Source: Candidatus Omnitrophota bacterium (GTDB lineage: Bacteria > Omnitrophota > Gorgyraeia > Pluralincolimonadales > Pluralincolimonadaceae). From it: 64,000 nt of DNA. Under the pieces are notes generated by a model. It worked only from the letters and a program-made list of their open reading frames with translations, searched no databases and was not told the DNA's origin. The stretch is from assembly GCA_028716565.1 (NCBI GenBank), contig JAQUPL010000001.1, forward strand, positions 473,476 to 537,475. Reading direction: 5' to 3'. Numbering within the stretch: the stretch's first letter is position 1; every line of letters begins with the position of its first letter. Below are positions 57,822-64,000 of the stretch, one piece after another. Made by a program: the position numbers and the translations under genes.

Positions 57822-58455
57822 CTCTTAAGTTCTTGAACGGTATGAATTCTTTTTTGGTTTTCGTGAAATGCTCCTGAAGGCTCCCTTTTGCGAAAACGAT
57901 ATCGGAATGTTCGGCCGGGCAGATATCGGAAAGGCCGTCCCCGATATATATATTGGTCCTTCCGCGCCCGCGCAATTTAAAGATGTGCGTCTTCTTGCAG
58001 TTCGCGCAATGGGAGCAGGATTTGTCGGTATGCGGGAAAGTCGGGATTAGTTTATTTTTCGAGAAACGCAGCCTGTTTGAATACAGTTTTATGCCGCGCA
58101 CGCCGTTCTTGCTCAGGATGCGCTCTATGAAGAAAGAAAAGCTGTCGCTTAATATCGCCGTCTCTGCGCCCTTGCGTTTCAGGTACCCGAACAACTCCTG
58201 GAAATTATCATCGAGCCGGACCTTATCGAGATAACGGGACAGCTTTGGTTTCGTCGCCCTGACCGAGCGCATCTGCCACTTAAGGCATTCCCTTGAGCCG
58301 ATCTCCCCTTTCTGCCACGCGTTCTCAAAGACCACCCAATCCCTGTTGATCGAGAATTTCTCTATGATATCATCCAGCACGTCGAAAGCGGTCATGGTAT
58401 TATCGAAATCGAAATAGACGTTGCATTTGGAAAAATCGAGCGGCATCTTTACCAT
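57739..58455 (-). CDS. HAD-superfamily phosphatase (MtnX-like)
   Basis: 238 aa. N-terminal YFDFDNTMT (DxDxT). C-terminal GDGLSD. Confidence 0.6.
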   Translation of the reverse strand: MVKMPLDFSKCNVYFDFDNTMTAFDVLDDIIEKFSINRDWVVFENAWQKGEIGSRECLKWQMRSVRATKPKLSRYLDKVRLDDNFQELFGYLKRKGAETAILSDSFSFFIERILSKNGVRGIKLYSNRLRFSKNKLIPTFPHTDKSCSHCANCKKTHIFKLRGRGRTNIYIGDGLSDICPAEHSDIVFAKGSLQEHFTKTKKEFIPFKNLRDVYSWFQEAGNVVETEAGQELFALKRK

Positions 58456-59342
58456 TATTTCGCGTCTCCGTTGTGTATTTTTTCGAAAAACTCCTCCACC
58501 CTGGCTGTCACGGTCTTGCGCTCCTGGTCAGCCGTTATGCAATGGTAGGAATCATACAGCATCACTATCTCTTTTGTCTTCGAACCGACCCCGTCATAAA
58601 TGAACTGGGAATTTTTTACGCTCGATATATCATCGTCTTTGGCCTGTATCAACTGGACCGGTACGGTTATATCCTTAAGCCTTGCGGTTACATGCCTGAC
58701 GAGCGCTTTAAGCTGGCAGAGCAGAACGACAGGGAAATAGGGATAACCGTATTCCGCTATCTTGCTGGTATCGCTGATCACCGCGGTTGAATAGTAGTTA
58801 TGCAGGCGTTTCTGCATCTCTTTGTTCTTCACCCCGTACGGCGGGTCCTCCTTATGATAGAAGAAATTCCTCAATGGGGTATGGGTAGCCAGGGGGAAAA
58901 AGAAATTATACCACGGCGTGTTCCAGCCGTCATAGAAGAGCGTCGGGGAAAGGCACGATACGCCTTTTATCTTTTCGGGAAATTCATCGGCTAGCACAAG
59001 CGCCAGCAAAGCTCCCATAGACAACCCTGAGACCGCTATGAACTCATGGTCATCCTTGACCTTCATATAGGCTTCCTTGACCGACTGGTAGAAATCTTCC
59101 CATGTCATATCTTTCAAGACATCGAGCGGCGCGCCATGGTTCTTCAGGCGCGGGCATACGACGGTATATCCCTTCCTGTTCAGGGATATCCCCAGGCTCT
59201 TCATCTCATTCGGGGTGCCGGTCAAGCCGTGGATAAGGATAACCGCGCGGCCGTTCTGCCCCTTTAAAAATATCCCATCGCCCAAATCGCGGAACTCGGC
59301 CTTACCGGCCCGTCCCTGGTCGAGCGAAAATATCAACGCCAT
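58455..59342 (-). CDS. Alpha/beta hydrolase (esterase/lipase-type)
   Basis: 295 aa. HGLTGT oxyanion region. GLSMG nucleophile elbow. Confidence 0.7.
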   Translation of the reverse strand: MALIFSLDQGRAGKAEFRDLGDGIFLKGQNGRAVILIHGLTGTPNEMKSLGISLNRKGYTVVCPRLKNHGAPLDVLKDMTWEDFYQSVKEAYMKVKDDHEFIAVSGLSMGALLALVLADEFPEKIKGVSCLSPTLFYDGWNTPWYNFFFPLATHTPLRNFFYHKEDPPYGVKNKEMQKRLHNYYSTAVISDTSKIAEYGYPYFPVVLLCQLKALVRHVTARLKDITVPVQLIQAKDDDISSVKNSQFIYDGVGSKTKEIVMLYDSYHCITADQERKTVTARVEEFFEKIHNGDAK

Positions 59343-59378
59343 AAAATTAATGCGCCTTTCTATATTTGGACTATTTTA

Positions 59379-60320
59379 CTATTTTTTCCTTAATTTTACC
59401 AGAAAAAAACCCTCCATATACTCGTTCGGGAGTATCCTAAGGGCCAGGCCAAGGTCCCTTAAAAACCTCTTTCCTTCCCACGACGTAAGGCCGCGGACCT
59501 TGTTCGGCAGCGGTATGTCCACAGGCACGGCATGCAGGCGCTCAAATTTATTCAAGACCCAGTCTACCACCTCTTCGTTCTCCTCCGGAGAGAACGTGCA
59601 GGTCGAATAAACCAATTCCCCGCCCGGCTTTAACGCGGAGATCCCGGAATATATCAGGACTTTCTGAGTATGCTCGAGGTCGGCCACCCTCTTCCGGTTC
59701 CACGGCTTGAATGTCTTCGGGTCGCGCAAATAGAAGAGCGCCTCCCCGGAGCACGGGGCGTCGACCAGGACCTTGTCGAAATATCCTGGATATTCCTTGC
59801 CTATCCCCATCCCGTCCGCAAGAAGGGCCCTGGCGTTATCGGCGCCTTGGATCTTCAGCGTGGCCAAGAGCTTCTGGTACCTTATCTCCAATTTCTCGAC
59901 GGCGACGAGTTCCGCTTCCCCGCCGCTAAGCGAGGCTATCTGGGTCGTCTTCGCTCCGGGCGCGGCGCACAGGTCGAGTATCTTTTCGCCCCTGCGCGGG
60001 TCGAGGAGCAGCGGCGGTATCATGCTCGACACATTCTGCATATATACCCTGCCTTCGGTGTACAGAGAGCTCCTATGGAGGGCTTTCGGCTCCGACCGCA
60101 GGATGAAACTCCCTTTCGGCCAATGGAGTTCCCGGTACCTTATGCCTTCCCTGTCCATGTCCTCTTTAAGTTCCGCCAGTCCTGTTTTAAGGTAATTTAC
60201 CCTGAAGGTCTGTTCTTTTTTGTGGAGGAACGATTCGAATACTTTAGGGAAGGTCCCGGGGTATATTTTTTTGAGCTTCTCTATGAACTCCGCCGGCAGC
60301 TCGTAGAACACGGCTTTCAC
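59379..60320 (-). CDS. RsmB/RsmF/NOP2/Sun family RNA (cytosine-C5) methyltransferase
   Basis: DLCAAPGAKT SAM motif. DAPCSG and catalytic TCT Cys. Probable start is a GTG at 60320 that overlaps the rlmB stop as GTGA. The track ORF begins at 60365. Confidence 0.75.
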   Translation of the reverse strand: MKAVFYELPAEFIEKLKKIYPGTFPKVFESFLHKKEQTFRVNYLKTGLAELKEDMDREGIRYRELHWPKGSFILRSEPKALHRSSLYTEGRVYMQNVSSMIPPLLLDPRRGEKILDLCAAPGAKTTQIASLSGGEAELVAVEKLEIRYQKLLATLKIQGADNARALLADGMGIGKEYPGYFDKVLVDAPCSGEALFYLRDPKTFKPWNRKRVADLEHTQKVLIYSGISALKPGGELVYSTCTFSPEENEEVVDWVLNKFERLHAVPVDIPLPNKVRGLTSWEGKRFLRDLGLALRILPNEYMEGFFLVKLRKK

Positions 60321-61066
60321 TTCTGTTTCTTCCCCGCCTCTCTCTGCCTGGCTATCTCGTAACAAAATATTGCCGCCGAGATCGCGACATTAAAAGAGAG
60401 CGCCGCGCCGGGCATCGGCAGGGTCACCTTGAGTTCGATATGTTTCGAGACGCCGTGGTGTATGCCCTTGCCTTCGGAACCGAGGACGAGGCAAAGCGGG
60501 AACGGGAAAGAGGCCTTATTGAGGTCCTCGCCGCCCCCGACCACCGCGCCGGCCGCCCAATATCCCGCCTCCTTGGCGTGTATAAGGGCGTTCGAGAGGT
60601 TGTTTATCCTGCAGACCCGGACATAATTCTCCCCGCCCGAAGCGACGTTCAGGACCGTCTCGTTCACGTCGCACGAGTCCCGCTCCGGGATGACTATCGC
60701 GAAACTCCCGAAACACGCGGAGGTCCTTATGATGGCGCCGAGGTTCTGCGGGTCAGTGATCCCGTCGAGCATGATGAAAGTCGGCTTGATGCCGTCTTCC
60801 CTCTTCAGGAGCCCTTCAAAGGACGAATATTCGAAAGGATCAGCCTCGGCAATTATCCCCTGGAGGCGCTCGCTGTGCTTCATCTTGAATAATTCCTTCT
60901 CGGCTACCCGCTTTATCGGGGTGCGGTGGAGCTTCGCCGCCTCGAATATCTCCGCGTCGTCGAAATTTTCGGATATCATCACCATCCTCAGGCTCTTCGG
61001 GTTCGCCCTCATGCGTTCGAGGATGGAGTTCCTCCCGTAAAGCAGTACCGGGTTATTTCTTCCCAT
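60317..61066 (-). CDS. rlmB: SpoU/TrmH family rRNA 2'-O-methyltransferase (RlmB-like)
   Basis: Substrate-binding N-domain VLLYGRNS. SPOUT motifs LVLGSEGKG. Probable start M at 61066. The track ORF begins at 61111. Confidence 0.7.
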   Translation of the reverse strand: MGRNNPVLLYGRNSILERMRANPKSLRMVMISENFDDAEIFEAAKLHRTPIKRVAEKELFKMKHSERLQGIIAEADPFEYSSFEGLLKREDGIKPTFIMLDGITDPQNLGAIIRTSACFGSFAIVIPERDSCDVNETVLNVASGGENYVRVCRINNLSNALIHAKEAGYWAAGAVVGGGEDLNKASFPFPLCLVLGSEGKGIHHGVSKHIELKVTLPMPGAALSFNVAISAAIFCYEIARQREAGKKQK

Positions 61067-61538
61067 CTTCTTCCTCCTCGTCTTTATCCTCGACCTTCGC
61101 CTCGACGTCAATCACATCGCTGTCATTATGGTTTTGACGATGTGATGGTGGCGGGTCTCCGCTACCATCACGGTAACGATAGACTTTGAATCTCCCCTGC
61201 GGGCTTACGAAGAGGCTAAGGAAAAAACTTATCGCGCTGAAACACAGCGCTCCCCAGAAAGCGGCCCAGAAATCAACGATGACGAAACCCTCGACTATCT
61301 TCGAGACGAGATAGAAGAAAAAACCGTTCAGGAAAAGCGTGAATATCCCGAGCGAGAGGATGGTCAAAGGCAGTGTGAGAGCGAAGACTATCGGCCTCAG
61401 CGTGGCGTTTATGAGGCCGAGGACGAGCGCGGCCATCACCGTGGCCAAACTGCCCTCTGAGTGTATCCCGGGCACGATACTTATGACCAGTATCATCGCC
61501 GCTATATTTATAAGCCATCTCAAAAGAAAACCCTTCAC
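61053..61538 (-). CDS. DUF360 / phage-holin-4-like 4-TM membrane protein with acidic C-terminal tail
   Basis: 161 aa. Four hydrophobic helices. KDEEEEDGKK tail. Confidence 0.5.
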   Translation of the reverse strand: MKGFLLRWLINIAAMILVISIVPGIHSEGSLATVMAALVLGLINATLRPIVFALTLPLTILSLGIFTLFLNGFFFYLVSKIVEGFVIVDFWAAFWGALCFSAISFFLSLFVSPQGRFKVYRYRDGSGDPPPSHRQNHNDSDVIDVEAKVEDKDEEEEDGKK

Positions 61539-61547
61539 CGATGCCTC

Positions 61548-62900
61548 CTATTTTATCTGTATGGAGAGCAGGAAGATGTCGTCTGCCTGCGCCCCTTCCT
61601 GGTATCTCCCGACTTCGGCAAGCAGGTCCTCGTTAAAGGCGGCAACATCGAGCGCGCCTTTACCCCTGACAAATTGCTCGAAGCGCGCATAGCCGAACTC
61701 TTCGCCGGCCTTATTCTTCGCCTCGATCAACCCGTCCGTGAAAAGGAATATCCTGTCGCCTCTCTCAAAATTTATCTTTACCTGGTATACGTCGCTAGTC
61801 TCCATTCCTATCCCCATCAGGAACGTCTGCGATTCCATGAGGACGATCTTCTTGTCGGCCTTCTGGAATAATATCTGCGGCGGATGGCCGTAATTCGAAT
61901 ATACCAGTTTCTTGTCCGAAAAATCTATCACCCCGCAGAACGCGCTGAGGAATATCCCTATCTTCCCGAAGTCGGATTTTATGAAATTGTCGAGCTTCTT
62001 CAGTATCTCGCCGGGCAGCAGGTTATCGCGGACGAGCCCCTCGATCTCGGTATGTATCCTGTTCACGAGCAGGGCGGCCGAGACGCCGTGGCCGGTCATA
62101 TCCGCTATCATGAAAAGGAGGCGGTTCTTGTCCAGGAAATGGAACTTGGCGTAATCGCCTCCCATGTAAAGCATCGGCCTGTAGTCCACCGCGACGTCAA
62201 CGAGGCTGGTCTTTATCGATTTGGGCATGAGGCCGCTGTGTATCCTGTTGGCGAGTTCGAGTTCCTCGACCATTATCCTGCTCTTCTCCTCGATCTCTTT
62301 CTTGAGGACGAAATCCTTCTGCCTCATTATGCCCTCGTTCCTTTTGACGACCATGCATACAAAGGACGCCACGATAAGCAATGTCACGTTTATGCCGAAG
62401 ATGTCCGTATGCACGTAATCGACGTAATTAATGCGTATATTGCTCATGCTGTATACGCCCATAAAAATTATCAGCGTATAGGCGCCGAGCATGCCCGTCT
62501 CGATCATGTTCCACGGCAAAAGCAGCGCGCTTACGAAGAACGCTATCAGGACGAGGGTTATCCCGAGGTTCGTGATGACGTCGGGGTGCGCCGCGGCGGC
62601 CAGGATGGAGATGGAGATTATTATTATGCTGAAAAAGAAACCCCTGATTTTTTGCGCCGTGAGTCTTTTCGCGAACTTCCCGGTCGTGAGCAGGACGAGG
62701 GAAAAGAACGCGCCGCCCAGGATCCCGGGCATGTCCCTGGTGCTGAGGAGCCTCCTGAATAAGAACCACGCGACGACAACCTCTATCGTGAATGCGCTCA
62801 GCGCTATATAGCAAAAGAGGTTCACGCGTTGGGCGAAGATATTCTTAAGTTCGCCCCTGTATTCTTCCCTGAGCCTATCGGGTATGATCGCGCCGGCCAT
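61548..62900 (-). CDS. Membrane-anchored PP2C-family serine phosphatase (SpoIIE/RsbU-like)
   Basis: 450 aa. N-terminal multi-TM sensor region. C-terminal PPM domain (GDYAKF...DMTGHG...FLFTDGL). Confidence 0.7.
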   Translation of the reverse strand: MAGAIIPDRLREEYRGELKNIFAQRVNLFCYIALSAFTIEVVVAWFLFRRLLSTRDMPGILGGAFFSLVLLTTGKFAKRLTAQKIRGFFFSIIIISISILAAAAHPDVITNLGITLVLIAFFVSALLLPWNMIETGMLGAYTLIIFMGVYSMSNIRINYVDYVHTDIFGINVTLLIVASFVCMVVKRNEGIMRQKDFVLKKEIEEKSRIMVEELELANRIHSGLMPKSIKTSLVDVAVDYRPMLYMGGDYAKFHFLDKNRLLFMIADMTGHGVSAALLVNRIHTEIEGLVRDNLLPGEILKKLDNFIKSDFGKIGIFLSAFCGVIDFSDKKLVYSNYGHPPQILFQKADKKIVLMESQTFLMGIGMETSDVYQVKINFERGDRIFLFTDGLIEAKNKAGEEFGYARFEQFVRGKGALDVAAFNEDLLAEVGRYQEGAQADDIFLLSIQIK

Positions 62901-62904
62901 CTAT

Positions 62905-63663
62905 TCAGTCACCAATAGGGGTCATTTCTACTATCGGAGAATCCAGCGAGCTTTCAAGCCCCTGGAATTTCAGCCATTCGTAAGGCGGTTCGCATGAATA
63001 CCATTCGTAATTCCTGGTTATGAACATCTTCACGGGATTAAAGAGGCCTATCTCGGGGTCGACGGTTATCTTATACGCTTCGCGCGTCTTGCCGTTAACG
63101 GTCACTTCCTCCCTGGCTACCACCCTGAGTGTTACGCGGTAAAGTTCGGTATCGTCGCCGAGGAGATAGGAGGTCTTCTTCTTTTGCCCCGCCTCCAGGA
63201 ACATCTTTATATAATCATCCATTACCATGCCGTTTATTATATCGCCGTCGTATTTGAGCGTCTTTTTCTTTACTTTGCCGGTAAGCAGGTCCTTTACCTC
63301 GCATTCGACCGCTTTTTTGTCAGGGTAAAACCTATGCGCCGATTCGCGGATCGGTTTACCTGACTCGGAGAAGACCTTTTCGTCCATGCTGAGCGGGGTA
63401 AGGCGTTCTTTGTTCTTTATATAACGCATCTCGCGCGTGCGGGATGTTATGCCGTCAGAGCCGTGATACCGGCCTTTTATCTCTTCCGTCATAAGATAAT
63501 TATCCTTCTCTCCCTTCACCGGCGTCACCGTTATGTTGGACTCCCAGAGTTTTTCACCCTTCACATCCACGCACTTATAACGGAAGGTTTCCGCTTTCCT
63601 TCCTTCGGCGTACAGCGCCGAGGCGACCGCCAGCATAAATATGACCGCTAAAATTTTTTTCAT
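62905..63663 (-). CDS. Secreted hypothetical protein (signal peptide)
   Basis: 252 aa. MKKILAVIFMLAVASALYAEG signal peptide. No recognisable catalytic motifs. Confidence 0.5.
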   Translation of the reverse strand: MKKILAVIFMLAVASALYAEGRKAETFRYKCVDVKGEKLWESNITVTPVKGEKDNYLMTEEIKGRYHGSDGITSRTREMRYIKNKERLTPLSMDEKVFSESGKPIRESAHRFYPDKKAVECEVKDLLTGKVKKKTLKYDGDIINGMVMDDYIKMFLEAGQKKKTSYLLGDDTELYRVTLRVVAREEVTVNGKTREAYKITVDPEIGLFNPVKMFITRNYEWYSCEPPYEWLKFQGLESSLDSPIVEMTPIGD

Positions 63664-64000
63664 TCGGTTATCTCCGCCTCAAGTTTTGTAATAAGGTCTT
63701 TTATCTCTTTGACCGTACCGGCCGGAAGTAGTTTCGCTATCTCGATGTCATTCTTCAGGCCCTTCAGCGTGGCGACTACCCGTCTCACGGCGGCGGCCTT
63801 GCGCCTCTGCCTCGCCTCCTGAGGGTCAAGCTCTTCCCTCTGCCTGATGAGCGCGGTGAGGTCCTTCCTTACGTCGCGGACGTCCTTGCCTTTCTCGAAG
63901 ACGTTCTTTTTCAGCGCTTCGTACCCGTCCTCGTCGATCTCCTTCTTGTTCTTGGCGAGGCGCAGGAGGTTTACCGCCTCATAACCGGGAAGGCTCGCGG
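63660..64000 (-). CDS. C-terminal fragment (about 113 aa) of a gene whose 5' part lies beyond the window end. Function not recognised.
   Basis: Reverse-complement translation ...ASLPGYEAVNLLRLAKNKKEIDEDGYEAL...KEIKDLITKLEAEITE* with no in-frame stop. The stop overlaps the downstream start as ATGA. Confidence 0.35.
   Translation of the reverse strand, partial: ASLPGYEAVNLLRLAKNKKEIDEDGYEALKKNVFEKGKDVRDVRKDLTALIRQREELDPQEARQRRKAAAVRRVVATLKGLKNDIEIAKLLPAGTVKEIKDLITKLEAEITE

Noticed and set aside
59343-59378. AT-rich 36-bp spacer upstream of the alpha/beta hydrolase gene with TAAAAT-like hexamers. Possible internal promoter.
   Set aside because: No convincing -35 element at 16 to 18 nt spacing. 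It could equally be just an AT-rich ribosome-loading region.

Overview
The window is a 64-kb, GC-rich (~55%) bacterial chromosomal segment with Gram-negative hallmarks (LptD, ArnE/F-like SMR pair, CIRCE/HrcA, TTGACA-type promoters). Every gene is on the minus strand, about 65 in total. Genes are very tightly packed, with many 4-nt ATGA or GTGA start/stop overlaps. I found no rRNA, tRNA, CRISPR array or mobile element.

Gene content by region:
- 1..16.8 kb: a nonulosonic-acid (legionaminic/pseudaminic-like) sugar biosynthesis locus. It is headed by a wHTH regulator and a specialised NusG paralog (RfaH/UpxY-like). It carries LegB/C/H/G/I/F-type enzymes, a CBS-domain nucleotidyltransferase and an unusually rich tailoring set. 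The tailoring set comprises a second DegT aminotransferase, a Gfo/Idh/MocA oxidoreductase, a PIG-L deacetylase, two SAM methyltransferases, a B12-binding radical SAM enzyme and a Maf/DUF115-like protein. It ends in an open-ended fusion ORF of at least 713 codons whose distal part is a second CMP-sugar cytidylyltransferase domain.
- 17.5..35.6 kb: an O-antigen/LPS-type locus. It has a methyltransferase, B12 radical SAM, methyltransferase cassette, a Wzy-family protein, an AsnB-like amidotransferase, and a GT2, UXS-like decarboxylase and DegT module (Ara4N-like). It also has epimerase/dehydrogenase genes, rmlDBAC, ugd and lptD.
- 35.6..40.7 kb: a ROK kinase, two tandem TM-GAF-GGDEF diguanylate cyclases and a stand-alone MalK-type ABC ATPase.
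- 40.7..52.1 kb: housekeeping genes accD, a DUF1015 gene, dnaJ, dnaK, grpE, hrcA with a perfect CIRCE, hflX, miaA, and a miaB read-through fused to a TM-TPR-SPOR protein.
- 52.1..59.3 kb: an uncharacterised tightly coupled operon. It encodes a methyltransferase, an SMR pair, a FemAB-like acyltransferase, an ICMT-like membrane methyltransferase, an arginase-fold hydrolase, a class III aminotransferase, a HAD phosphatase and an alpha/beta hydrolase.
- 59.3..64 kb: rRNA methyltransferases, a DUF360 membrane protein, a membrane PP2C phosphatase, a secreted hypothetical protein and a partial C-terminal ORF.

All protein family calls are by eye from motifs, without database searches.
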